64,000 nucleotides of DNA from Azolla caroliniana (Eukaryota; Plantae; Polypodiophyta): positions 10,168,001 to 10,232,000 of the forward strand of contig JBHGNT010000007.1 of NCBI GenBank assembly GCA_043228905.1, given 5' to 3'. Shown here in pieces: positions 21,982-34,569 of the stretch (position 1 is its first letter; every line of letters starts with the position of its first letter). Below the pieces are notes generated by a model. It did not search any database. It was given only the letters and a program-made list of their open reading frames with translations, and was not told the origin of the DNA. The translations under genes and the position numbers were made by a program.

Positions 21982-24900
21982 TTACACATCCGTAGGTCCC
22001 TTCGGACCCTTACCGTTTTCCTTACGGGTTGCCGTGTCTTCCTTCGCCTCTGCTACGGGTTCCCCGTCGTCTTTTTCTTCCATCCGTACCGTTGCCGGAC
22101 AGGTTCCCGGTATAGTGCCGGTGGGCTGCATAAACGGGTTACTTGGCATCGGTCCTTTATAGGGCTTTAGTCTAAATCCGTTGACCCACTTGCCTAGCAC
22201 TTCACCGGCAAGTGTCCCTAACTGATAGGACCCGTTGTATTCCCGTGTCAGCCAATACGGGCCTGTCCATCTAAACCGGAGTTTACCCGGCATCTTGCCC
22301 ATCCTCGTTTGGAATACTAGCACCGGCTTTCCGATTTCGAACATCTTCTCATTACCTTTCCGGTGACGGTCAACGAACGCTTTCCGTCGTCGTTGATCCA
22401 GTTCCATGTGTAGGATGCTGGCCAGCCGTTGCTCCTCCAGTTCGCATAGTGCTGCTAGCTGCATTTCCTCCGACTCCTTTTCATTCAGCCGTTCCCGTAG
22501 TTGGATCCGTAAGCTTGGTACCTGAAATTCCACCGGCATGACCGCCTCTAAGCCGAACGCTAACCGGAACGGCGTTGTCCGGATACTTGTTTTGTATGTC
22601 GTTCGGTACGCCCATAGCGTGCTATGGAGCTTTGTATCCCAGTCCGTCCGGTTTCCATTGACGATTTTGCGGAGAATGTTCTAGAGCGTTTTGTTGGTTG
22701 ACTCTGCTAACCCGTTTGCTTGTGGGTAGTACGGTGTGCTCCGTTTATGGACCACGGCATAGAACGTTGTTAAGCTTTCAACTACCTGGCCGAGGAAGTG
22801 CCCTCCTTGGTTGCTGATTAATTCAATCGGACATCCATATCGGCACCAAATGTTCTCGTACAGGAATTTTGCTGTGGATGACGCGGTGTTGTCTCTCAAG
22901 GCCTTAGCCTCCACCCATTTAGTGCAATAATCTGTTGCCACGATGACATAACGATTACCTGTTCTCATTGCCGGTGGCTTGAACGGTCCGACAAAATCTA
23001 ACCCCCACTTCTGGAATGGCTCTAGTGGAAGTACCGGTTGGTGTGGCATACGTGCTTGCTCCGTAGGCTGGCCCATTCGTTGGCATAGGTCACATTCCTT
23101 AGCATACTTGACGGCGTCTTTTAACGTCGTGGGCCACCATAAGCCGCTCTGCCATACTTTCCTTGCCGTCGCTTCCCCGGCATAGTGTCCTCCGGCAACC
23201 CCACAGTGTGCTTCCCGTAAGATTACTTGTTTCTCGTCACTACGGACTACCCGTCTCCATATTCCATCTGCTCCCTTGTGGTAGAGAGTGTCCCGTAACA
23301 GACAGAAATTGCGGCTCTGCACCGCCAGTCGTTTCCTCTCGTCCCGGTTCATTTCCTCCGGTGGCAGGCCCGTGCTTAGGAACTGGTGCATGTTTGTCAG
23401 CCACCTATCTTCTGATGCCACCGTGTCGTCCGCTACCGTTTCCGGGGTGATACGGAATAACTCTGCGTCCGGGAATTCATCCGATACTCCGTCGCCTGAT
23501 TCTCCGGACTCTAACCGGCTCAGGTAGTCTGCTACGGCATGCTGGATACCGGGCCGGTGGAAGATCTCGAATTCGAACTCCTACAACAGCAAGGTCCAAC
23601 GGGCCAACTTACCGGTCAGGGACGCCTTGGACACTAAGTACAGGAGCGCCGAGTGATCCACATGAAAGGAGAACTTCCTTCCCAATAGGTAATGACGAAA
23701 CTTTGTGACACTGTAGATCATGCCCAGGGCCTCCCGTTCTGTAGTCGAATAGTTCTTCTCCGCTTGGGACAGCTTCCGGCTGGCGTAATATACCGGCCGG
23801 TACCATTTGGGCTCCGTAAGTTGCATTAAGGCGCTGCCGATAGCGATGTCGAAAGCGTCAACGAACACATGAAATTCCTTGCTCCAATCCGGACGCTGCA
23901 CGACGGGTGCTTGCGACAAAAGTACCTTCAGGGCATTGTATGCCTTATCCTCCGTATCCGTCCATTGGAACGGTGTCCGATGTACCGCGGTGTGTAATGG
24001 TGTAGCCAAATCAGCCAAGTGACGGAGCATCCGGCTGTGCCACCGGATCTGTCCTAAGAATCGGCTTAGTGCTTTGGCCGTTTTCGGCGCCGGTGCCCCT
24101 AGTATCGCGTTTACTTTGTCCGGGTCGACCGCAATGCCCTCCTTACTTACAATGTGTCCCAGTAAGATTCCACTTGAAACCCCAAAGATGCATTTTGCTG
24201 GGTTTAAGCTTAGCCGGTATAACCTACACTTTTCAAGGCATAACCGTAGGTGCTGCAAATGGTCTTTTTCCCGGCTATAGACTGCAAAGTCATCCAGGAA
24301 AACTTGCATGAAGGCTGGAATGTATTCGCCGAAGATCTCCATGATGATTCGCTGGAAAGTTGTTGGTGCCGTTTTTAGTCCGAACATCATTACTACGGCC
24401 ACAAACACCCCCCATTCGGTGACGAACGTTGTCTTCTCCTGGTCGTCAGGGTGCATCCGGATTTGATTGTATCCGCTGAACCTGTCTAAAAAGCTATAAA
24501 CTTCATGGCCGGCGACGGCATCCAGTACTCCAGCCGTGAACGGAAGAGGGAATGCATCCGTAATTGTGGCTGCATTTAGTTTCCTGTAATCTACACACAC
24601 CCGGATTTTACCGTTCTTCTTTGGGACGACGACGATGGGGCTCAGCCACGTCGCTTTCTTTACCGGCCGGATGAAGCCCACTCTTAGGAGTTTGTCGATT
24701 TCCTCCTTCACTTTGGCGGCGTAGTTGGGGTTCATTCGGTAACGTCTTTGCGCCACTGGTTTCGCGTCCTTGCCTAAGTGGATCTGATGCTGATATAATT
24801 GAGGGTCCAGCCCTCGCATGTCTTCGTATGACCAGGCGAATACGTCGCGAAACTCCGTGAGAAGTTTGATCATTGCCGCTTTATCTTCCGACTTCATTTC

Positions 24901-27816
24901 TTTGGCGATGTGTACCGGCTTTGATTCGTCCTTGCTTCCTAGGTTCACTTCGTCGAGCTGGGATGTTTTTACCCGTTGGGAAACGGCCATTTCCCGTTCC
25001 AACGCTTCCTGTGCTTGCCGTAATTCCCGAATCGAATCTTTGTCTGGTTCGGCTTCGGTTTCGTCCCGCTGCGGCAAGTATGGCGCTACGGCTTCAGCCA
25101 CGTCAATCTCGAAAAGTGGTACGATCTTCGGGTGTTCCTCCAAGTACTGGGCTTCTTCGTCGTCTGCCAACCCTTCAAGCATGTTCACGCATTCCGCATA
25201 CAGCGGTGTGCATTCCTTACCGTTGCTCGTCCGTGGTTGTGTCGGTACCCGGACCTTGGCTTTTCCGCGCCGGAAGGTAATCATATTTTTCCGCCAATTT
25301 TGCTTGATGTGTGTTGTTTTCAACCATGGTCTGCCCAGCAACAGTGGGTACGCGCCTTGCGCCTGTAGCTGCAGCACTACAGCCGAGATGTGAAATGTGT
25401 GACCTCCTATGGTGACTTCCAATTTCCGTATTAAGCCCGTCGGCCGTACAGAACTCGTATCCGCCATCCGTAGCCAGAACGGACATGGCTCCCATTCATG
25501 TATACCCAAGGCATCACACGTGCGGAGGCTTATTACGTTCACCCCGGAACCTCCATCGATTACTGTGCCGGGAAGTTCGTGCCCTTTGACAATAGCTGTA
25601 ATCACCGGACTACTAGTGTCCACCACCGTCCGTCCCTCCTCCGGATTCGAGAAGAGGATTGGTGCCAGTGGGGCTATACCGTCTATCATGACCGTTTTTA
25701 GTCCTTCCGTAAATCGCGGCACGAGCTGCAAGAGTCTTCCTAATGGCAACGTTATCTGACATTCTTGCAGTACTTGCCATGTCTCGTTTTCTGCGTGGCT
25801 ACCGCCGGCACTCCCTATGGTATTCGCCTTTTGCCGTTCCGCGTCCGCGACGTTCCTTTCATTGGCTTCCTTCACCCATTCCGTCGCCTATTTTCGTATG
25901 GCCTCTTGTGTTTCCCACTCTTTGGCCATGCCTTTCGACCGTGTGGTTACTTGCTGTACATCCGCCACTTCCGAAACCACCATATTAACTGCTGGTCGTT
26001 TATCGTAGCTCTTTGCTGGGCACTGGTTACTGTAGTGGCCTTCCTGCCTACAGTAGTAGCAGTACTCTTTACGGGTATTGCTGGATTCAGCATTGCTGGT
26101 AGCCGGAGTCGGTCCCGTAGTGAGTGGTGCGTTCTGTGCCGGTTGGCTCCTTGGGGTTCCATGTTCCAGGTCCCTAGTGTGACCACCTTTCTTGAAATTA
26201 CGTTTCTTATTATTCTTATTTTTATTTCGGTAGTCCTGTCGTGGTGGATCGTAAAATCGGCCGTAGTCCTCCTGGTGCCTTCGGTAACCAGGGGAATGGT
26301 CTCTGTCGTATTGCTCGTGTCGTCTGTTGGACTCCCGATAACGGTCCGATTGCTCATACCGGTCGTAGTTATCATGCCGATCCCCGTACCGGCCATCATT
26401 CTCTTGTCTGTCTCCGTACCGGACATCCTGTGCCGGTCGGTACCGGTTCATTCTTTGCCAACGATCTTCATCTTCGTCTCGGCTGCTTCTTGGCTCGATC
26501 CGTCGAACGGGTGGTGCTTGTCGGTTTAGCAGGTTATACTCGCACCGGTCCGTTGTATGACTCTTGGATTGACAAATCACACACTGGGTTCGCATGGTGC
26601 ACTCCACTGCTGAGTGTCCAGCATTCAAGCAGATTGTGCATTGAATTGCCTGCCGGAACCGGAGATCTTCATCTGTGGGTAACGCCCGTTGCAGTGCTCC
26701 CAGTGTAAGCCATGAGCTTGACTTTTCCATTTCTCTGACCCGGTCAATGACCTGGTCAATGGTGCTTCCTCGAAAGTCGATCACCGTACACACCGTGCGT
26801 AACGGTTCCCGGAGTGCGTTTAAAAATATCGTCCGTAATTCCTCCTCCGGGGGTGCACGGGTAAGCTGGCTATGTATTCGTTGGAAACGGATGACGAATT
26901 GGGGAATGCTTTCCCCTGCCTCCTGTCGGATCGTATAAAACAGGCCCACCATCGTCGTCTGGTCGACCTCCTTGTGGAAAAAATGCAAGAATTTTTCTTT
27001 TAATTCTGCAAAGGTTGTGATGGTTGCCGGGTCCTACGTCCGCCGCCATCGTGCCGCTGGTCCTTCCAACGTGACCCCGAATTCTGCTATCTTCGAGCGT
27101 TCTTCTTCCTCCGGTGTCAATCGCTGGGACGCGTGATTTGCTTCCCATGTCTGCTCGAAGGCATGAACATGCGCTTCCGCGTCCGGATCATCGCGATACT
27201 TTGAGTATTGGAACGGCATGTCGTCGTCCAATATTAGGCCGCGGTTTAGTGGCGTTTGTTGATATCTTTCCGGTTTTCTCTCCGGTTCCACGTCCGGTTC
27301 TTTTTCCGGTTCTTTTTCCGGTTCCTTCACCGGCTCTTTCGTTGGTGTCGGTGGCTTTGCTTCTTCCACTTCCGGTGTTGGTGGGTTGACGGCTTCCGTT
27401 TGCGGTTCCGGATAGCCCTGGTCGAACGGTTCTGGTTCTGGAGTCGGCACGGTATCCGACCCGTCGTCCTCCGGGCCGCCGGGGGTATCGTTGCTGCTCC
27501 GGTAGTTCGTGTGCACGCTGTATCCCCCTTCAGAATCCGATTCGTAGGCTGAAAAGGCTTCTGCCTCGTTTTCTCCGCTTGCCAGCGCCTCGAGGAGGCG
27601 TTCGGTTTCCCGGAGGCTACTTAGACCGCTTCCGTCGTCCTGGTCGCAAGTTTGCTGTAACCGAAGAGATTCCTCCGCGACTCTCCGGATCTCGTTGGAG
27701 AACGAACGATCCGAGCGAATTTCGTGCGCTGCTTGCTGGAAAGTCTCACGCCGTCTTTGCCGTTCGGCGAGGCGTCGAGCTCGGTTTGTAACCAGGTCGT
27801 GCGTTGGTCTAGTCAT
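21982..27816 (-). pseudogene. gag-pol: A single-frame gag-pol with four in-frame TAG stops
   Basis: Five ORF pieces share one frame; CCHC knuckles, VIDGGS protease, FLDDF RT, FVDAFD RNase H, WGLDFVGP and YYPQANGLAE integrase. Confidence 0.93.
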
Positions 27817-27851
27817 CCATTAAGCCGTCGTTCGCTGCGAGAAAGCAGGAA

Positions 27852-27863
27852 TCGTGGTCGCCA
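27852..27863 (-). promoter_or_regulatory. PBS of A (tRNA-Arg type)
   Basis: TGGCGACCACGA lying 6 nt inside the 5' LTR. Confidence 0.7.
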
Positions 27864-27869
27864 AAACTG

Positions 27870-28288
27870 TGTTGTTCTCTGACCGGACAAGGCCTAACAC
27901 AAGGTGTCACGGAGACACTTCACCAAAGGGTGATTACGGCATAGGATTATGACTCAACGATTACACCGACTTAAGTAGGTTACACGATTAGAGCGCTTTT
28001 GTTAATTACACGCGTAAGATATAACAGTAATTACAGAACGGAAATCAACACAGAAGTATAAACACCATATGCTCTATTAATTATCCGCTGCGATTACAAT
28101 GGGGTCCGGGCCTTTAAATAGGTTTCCGGCCCGTAGTACAAAACGGTGCCTATCGCACCTATTCGGGATCCGTCCGGATCTGGAACGGCATACCGTTTCC
28201 AGTCCGTCCGTCCACACTATGCTTATTTACAACCATACTTAATTAATTCCTTCACTCCGTATTTTGGACTCCTTGCCGGCCGGTAACA
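27870..28288 (-). repeat. A 5' LTR
   Basis: Direct repeat of 12695-13113. Confidence 0.95.
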
Positions 28289-30273
28289 GCATGTCGGCCA
28301 TGTCATTGTCTTTCCCGGAAATGTGTCGTATTTCCGGATCCAGGGACTTGATGTACGCTATCCACCTGAGCATCGCCAGGTCCGGGGTTGCGCATCCGGA
28401 AACCATGCCGAGAATCGACAGGCAATCTGTCTCGATAATCACTTCTGTCCTGATTAGATAGTCTTTATCGGCCTTCACCGCCGAAACGATACCCCAGAGT
28501 TCGCGTTTAACCTGGGCGTATCCTCGTTGACGCTCGCTGAGGACCTTCGCGCCGAACCGGATTGGGAACCGAATGCCGTCCTCATCTTCTTGGTTGATCA
28601 CCCATCCGATCCCGGTCGGACTCGTATCTACCGCTATGTAGATGGGAGTGCCTTTCTCGTAGACAGCCTTCCGGAGTGCCGGTGCTGCAGAAAGAGCCTC
28701 CTACATCTTTCGGACCGACTCCGCATGCTCGTCTCACCACTCAAATTTTCGCCCCTTTTTCAGCAACCCGTATAGCGGCTCGGCAATGTGGGCGTAATGC
28801 GGGATCCATGTGGTAGAACGCGCATGCTCCCAAAAACCTTCGTACCTCCGTGACCGAGTTACAATCGAGATTCATTGAGGAGACGGTTTCCGGCCATACG
28901 GCCCGCATAGATGTCCGACGACCATGATCTCTGATTGCCCGAAGGCCGATTGCTCCCCGGAGAAGGTGAGCCTCGCGTCCTCTAGCCTCTGCAGCACCCT
29001 CTCGCAGTCGTCAATGTGTGTCGCCACGAATTTCCGGCATCCGTCCGGTCCGATCGTTTCGTCCTTTTCCCCTGCCGGACATCCCTTGATCGGGATGTCG
29101 TCCAGGAATGGCATGGTGATGTCCGGGATACAATCCCTCAGCACCTTGTTCATTGCATTCACCATGTGAGCCACCGAGTTCGTCCCTCCTTGTGGCGGGG
29201 TGCACATCCGCACTAGGCCAAGAGGAGTCCGCATCGTCGTAATGTCTCTACTCTCTTCGGCTAGTTGGAACTGATCGTACCCCGAGTATAGATCACCGAC
29301 CGAGTAGATCGACCTTCCGGCGAAGGCCTCCGCGAACTCGTCTATCGTTGGTCCGATTCCTGCGTTCCGAATGGTCACTCTGTTGACCGGTTGCAGGTCC
29401 TGAATGAAGCGCAACGTCTCGTTCTTCTTCGGTACGGTAAACCACCGGTTCGAGTACGGGGCACTCGACGGTTCGAGGATGCCCATATCAACTTTCTGCC
29501 TCAATAGCTCCATCAGCTCCGGGATGTGAGCTCTCGGTACCGGAATTGGTTTGAGATTCCACGGCACATGCGGTACCGTGAATATCACCATCGGCTTTAC
29601 GACTGTCGGGTCTACGCACCCGATTTCTTCTGGTGAGAATGCGAAGGCTTTCCTGTGCCTTCCGAGCATTCTCCGAAACCGGTCTTCTTCCGCTGGCAGT
29701 AGGAACCCGCCCCCACCGATTTTGAGCTCTCGTAGCGTTCTGTCGGTGAAGGTGTGTCCTATGCAGGCCGGATCTCGTAAACTGGGGTCCGACGCGACCC
29801 CCTTGATTCGCAACTCGCTGCCCTCCGGTAAGGGTGTCGCGACTGGCCTTACCTTCCGGTCCACAGTCTTGTACTTCGTGTTAACCCAGGCCGTCCGTTC
29901 CGACTCAAGCCCTCGACTGAAGTCCGCGATGACTTCGTACATTTCTTCTGAACAAACTAGTATCGTCTGGTCCTCTTTAAGGCCCTCTCCAACCACCTCT
30001 CACAGTATTCCCAAGGTATCGTCGAAGGAGATCGCCTCCACGGCTCCGTTGATTTCCTCGGTTGGCCCAAGAACTCCGCACGCCCGAAGTCGCTCTTCCG
30101 CCCTTGTCTTTTCTCGGCCTACAACACCGACTATCGTACACCCTCCGTTGTCGGAGAAACAAAACTTATGGTACAAGGTTTCTTTGGCTTCGCTTCTATC
30201 GACATTTGTGGGGTTTTCCCGGAGTGTCAGGACTGTCGCGGCCCCACACCTTGGCAGCCCTCTCTAAAAATCC
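28289..30273 (-). pseudogene. pol: B RT and RNase H
   Basis: PYSNRWFTVPKK, DLYSGYDQ, FLDDIPIKG, YAQVKREL, IETDCL, DMADML. Confidence 0.9.
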
Positions 30274-32418
30274 TCTCAGTTCTCGCCACCGAGGGACTCG
30301 CGGTTTCGCTCGTGGTTCGGTCGCACCATCAGGAACTAGACCGAATGTCGCCCGTCCTCAGTCTTGACCCTCCCGTAAGCCGACCCGTTATCCAGCACCT
30401 TGGTCTCCATTCGTGTTGCCGTAATGTACGGTTCTCCCAGTATGACCGGGTGCAAGGACGTCTCTTGCACAAAGAAGTGCTAGTCTATCTCGACGTCGCC
30501 GATCTTAACTCGCACGTTTGGGCAAGCCCCGTGTAGTTCCTCGGTGGCGCGCGTCGCCGCCCGTATCTTCCACCCATGCTTAGTGTTGATCAGCCATTTC
30601 CCCTTCTTGTAGAAGTCCATGGACATCAGGTTTATTTCCGAACCGTGGTCCACCAATGCCACCACCGGTTCCTGAACATCTCCGATCTTCACCGGGGTTT
30701 CCGTGGTCGCTCGAGCCCAGTGTGGCCTCGAATAGTGGCTCTCCGCCCACTCGTCTTCCAGCGCCATGTCCTCTATGTGCGCCGTCCGCACCTCCACCGG
30801 TCTTTCTGGTTCTGCCTCCGTCGACAGCCTCTTCCTCTTCACCAAGTCCACAATGGAGTCGTGGAACTCCTTCTTGGCGATTCTGAGCACCTCCCGCAAC
30901 GACAGTTCCACTTTGCTGTCGAGGATTCGTTCTTCCAGGACCTTTCGTAGGTCCGTGGTCCTTTCGATCTCCGTGCCCAAACGGTACCCGCCCTTCTTGT
31001 GGTTATCCCGGGCACTGGATTTCACCGGCCTCGTTCCGTTTCGGCCCGAATCGGGTTTCGTATCTCTGTGAGGGTCCGGTTCCTCCGGTTTTACCTACCT
31101 GTTTGTCTTCAACCAGAGCCTCGTAGTTCTGGCAAGCTGCTTCGACGAAACCCGTCTTTTCTTCAACCGGGTCACTCCACCCGGTTACCTCCTGGACCCG
31201 CTTCTCTGCGCGGTCCGCCTCGTCTCTCTTTAGTCGGGCACCGGCGAGGCCTTCCAGCACCGTCGGCCAGAACTCGGCTTTGCTCTCCTTCCTGGCGTCG
31301 CTGCCTCCGACCCGAATACCGGCTGATGCCGAGTAGTGGATGGTCTCCGCGTGTCGGGCCGCCGCCTCTTCCATCAGCCTTTTCATTCCTCCTCGCCCGT
31401 CGTTTCGGTTCAGGGCCCTCCGGGTATCGCTGGCGTGCACCCGACCTTCCCACAGGTACACTACCCGGCTCCTCAAAGCCTCCATAAAGTCCCCGCGGTC
31501 TTTCCGGACGTGGCCGACCTCGTCGCACCACATGCACCTACTTCTTGCTGGAGGCCGTCGGTCACGAGCCTGATCGCCACCTTCCCTCCAAGCCTGGGCG
31601 ATCTGGAGATCCTTTACCGCTCGCGTCAACTCCTCTAGAGTTGTTCCCCCAGACGAGCCTCTGATCACGCCGGTCGAAGCCGAACCGATCTCGAGCCACT
31701 CCCGGGTCTCTTCCCTTCGCGCCTGCGGTATCGGTTCGAGCTTCCTTGCTGCGACAGGTCCCGCCCCGGTCGCCTCTGTATCAGCCCACTCCCACCGCTT
31801 GTCAAAACAGCCGCAGACTCTTTTTACCGCGGCCCAGTCGGCCGTCAGCCCGTCTTTGGTTTCCAGTAAGGAGCCAACTTGCCCCCGATCCCGTGCGTCA
31901 ACCGATTTGACAAACAGCAGGACACGACTTGTGTCCAGAATGGTCCGATCGAGCGCCGAAAGGCGCGCAAAGCGTTCCTCAAACTCCCGGAGGAGTACTG
32001 ACGCATTTCTTCCTTTGTTGGGGGACTCCACCCACTCCATGAAGCTCCGCTTCAAAAGTCGAAGCGCGTCATCCAGCCCGTATTTCTCCAGGAGCCGTCC
32101 TTCGAACTCCTCCCAGGTCCGGCTCTCCGCCCGGACCTTGAGCACCTCCGCATGGATGCCCGGCATCACCACTCGAGGGAATCCTGCAAGACGCCTCTCT
32201 TCCAGAATATCCCTCATCAACATCTCCGCCCGGTAGGACGCCAAATAACTCGAGGCATCCTTTCCACTGAACCGGCTGATCATACCGACGATCGCCTCAA
32301 TAGCCCTGTCAAGGGCGCTGATGCCCTCGCGCGCGCTCACTATCCGGTCCACAGCCGAAGCAATGGCCTCTGCAAGATCCGACCCCCTCATCTTCTGCTC
32401 CTCTGCCGCCTGTTTCAC
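30264..32418 (-). pseudogene. gag: B gag-protease
   Basis: RFSGKDASSY, CMWCDEVGH knuckle, LVDHGSEINLM protease; ends GGATTTT-TAG. Confidence 0.88.
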
Positions 32419-32431
32419 GTCGGGTTCACCA
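32415..32431 (-). promoter_or_regulatory. PBS complementary to tRNA-Trp
   Basis: TGGTGAACCCGACGTGA, 4 nt from the LTR; tRNA identity from recalled plant tRNA-Trp 3' end. Confidence 0.85.
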
Positions 32432-32435
32432 AATA

Positions 32436-33083
32436 TGTCGCGTTACTACGCGCGTGCGTGGAGAAACGAGGCGGGACCACCGGGGTCTTGAACCGAAGAG
32501 CAGGTGATAGAAGGGGAAAGAGAAGGAGAGAGAGACCCGGTCACGTATGAGCAAAGAAACACAGGGGCACGGCCCGTCAACGCAGAAGACGTGAATGGAC
32601 ACAGAGACAGGGAGACATCAGTGTCTGTATATTAACGAATAACAAATACAAAACAAAGCACGCGAGCAGCTACAACCGAGCAGGCCAGCGAACAGATGCC
32701 GATGCCTGCTCGTCTGTGCACGAAAGGATAAAAGGGTGGAGGAGCTGCCGGAAGCACACGGGCGTTCCTCGAAGCAGCGCGAGCCTCCCGAAACCCTGCA
32801 GAGAAGAGTGATGGAGAACGAACAAAGGAGAAGCGTTCGGTTCCAGTCCGGCAGCACTTCGTCCTCCTTAATGCGTGATACTTTCTCCCTGCATCTCCCT
32901 CTCCTTTATAGCTTCAAGAAGGGACTCATCTCCCTCATTTACTCCCCACCTACCGAATCTAACTACCCGGATATGCCTTTGTACTTAATCCCCTAGTATA
33001 TACATTAAGGGCGCTCACACGTGAAGAGCCGGTTCACGCGCGCTATGCACCGATTGCGCCAAGGGACGGTTTTCTTCACGACA
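32436..33083 (-). repeat. B 5' LTR
   Basis: Direct repeat of 10479-11126. Confidence 0.95.
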
Positions 33084-33924
33084 CCGGTCAAAGAAGCAAT
33101 TGTGGTTGTCATAGGAGAAGTACGTGACAAAGGTGCTTCAGCAGTTCAACATGTCAGATGCTAAACCGGTCGGATCGACACTCCCGACAAACTGCAGGTT
33201 ATCCGGTAAGCAGAGCCCGAAGATGAAGGCAAAGAAGGCGGATATGATGAAGATACCATATGCCTTTGCCATCGGGAGCTTAATGTACGCAATGGTGTGT
33301 ACCCGACCGGATATTGGATACGCAGTCGGAGTGGTGAGCCGGTTCATGAGCAATCCCGAGGAGCACAGGAATGCGGTAAAATGGATACTCCGGTGTTTGA
33401 AAGTCACCTCAAGTATGTGTCTTCGATTCGACAGCAGTAAACCCCAACTTGATGATTTCACCGATTTGGATATGTCGGCTGATGCGGATACTAGTCGTTC
33501 AACATCCTGATACATCATGACATATGCAGGGGGAGTTGTTTCGTGGCAGTTGAGGCTGCAAAAGACGATTGCGTTGTTAACCACAAAGGCAGAGTACATG
33601 GCGGTTGTGGAAGCCGGCAAGGAAATACTATGGATGAAGGACTTCATCAAAGAGCTAGGGATCCGGCAACAGGAATACCGGCTCTATTGCGACAGCCAAA
33701 GTGCCATCCACCTTGCAAAGAACGCAGCCTATCATTCCAGGACAAAGCACATCCAACATAGGTACAACTGGATACGGGAGCAAGTAGAAGATCGAGAGTT
33801 TGTGCTGATGAAGATTCACACAGAGGAGAACGGGTCGGATATGCTAACCAAGGTGTTGACACCCGACAAACTGGACACATGCCGGAAGCGGATCGGATTG
33901 ACGAGGCATCCCATGACGGAGTGA
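33084..33924 (+). pseudogene. pol: C1 RT C-terminal part and RNase H
   Basis: GSLMYAMVCTRPDI, KAEYMA, YCDSQSAI, RTKHI, SDMLTK. Confidence 0.92.
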
Positions 33925-33934
33925 AGGGGGAGTT

Positions 33935-34569
33935 TGTTAGGATTTCGGTCCCTCTAGATGGGATGATGATTACCCAGCAAGGAAGACCCGGTGAGAACCG
34001 GATGATGAGTACCCGGCAAGGAAGACCCGATGAGAACCGATGAGAACCGATGATTATGTAGGCCCGGTGAGAAACTCTCACCGGATGAAGGGACATATAT
34101 GAAAATATGTTTCTGAGAGCCCATTGGGGGTAGATCTGTAAATAGTCCTAATGTCATATTGGTATAAATATGACCTAGGGCAAACAGAGTGTAGCATGTG
34201 TGTGATATAGTTGTTTTCATTATCATTATATAGAGTTATTGGTGTGTAACTATTGTACAAAGCGTAGCAGAGGGAAAGAGAGAGAGAGAGAGATAGAGTG
34301 AATCTCTATTGTAACTGCCGCCAGGCGAAGATTACGAGCACGAAGTCGTTGCCTCTGTGTTCTCTTGTTGTATTCTCCTTACATAGTGATAGTTCAGAGT
34401 CTGTGGGCTCCCGTGGTTTTTTTCCCGTTTAGGGTTTTCCACGTTAACATCCTGTGCATTCCCTTCTATTTGTGTACTTACTTCCATTTCCCATTTCTTC
34501 TTTCTTTGATTATCATTAAGTGATCTAAGCTTTGGTTGTGGCTGAAGATTATTCTGCATATTCTCTTCA
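33935..34569 (+). repeat. C1 3' LTR
   Basis: TG...CA after the PPT; 3' half matches 1382-1726. Confidence 0.9.

Larger units (their letters stand above)
12695..28288 (-). mobile_element. Ty3/Gypsy non-chromovirus element A with extra 3' ORF
   Basis: 419-bp LTRs 12695-13113 and 27870-28288 (4 differences seen), TSD GCATG, PBS TGGCGACCACG, gag-PR-RT-RH-IN followed by an 889-aa ORF. Confidence 0.95.
10479..33083 (-). mobile_element. Ty3/Gypsy element B (tRNA-Trp PBS, 4-bp TSD)
   Basis: 648-bp LTRs 10479-11126 and 32436-33083, TSD CCGG, PBS TGGTGAACCCGACGTGA 32415-32431, G-rich PPT at about 11127-11139. Confidence 0.95.
1382..34569 (+). mobile_element. Ty1/Copia element C1, degenerate, host of nested insertions
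   Basis: Partial 5' LTR 1382-1726 matches the 3' part of LTR 33935-34569; gag-PR-IN-RT-RH order; PPT AAGGGGGAG at 33924-33932. Confidence 0.92.

Noticed and set aside
25765-26529. Long antisense ORFs over gag/pol (this one and many similar)
   Set aside because: Shadow frames of GC-rich coding sequence with no recognisable motifs
21982-27816. TAG-to-Gln recoding or U-to-C RNA editing restoring A gag-pol
   Set aside because: U-to-C editing is organellar, neighbouring elements show ordinary decay, and methylation-driven C-to-T change is simpler
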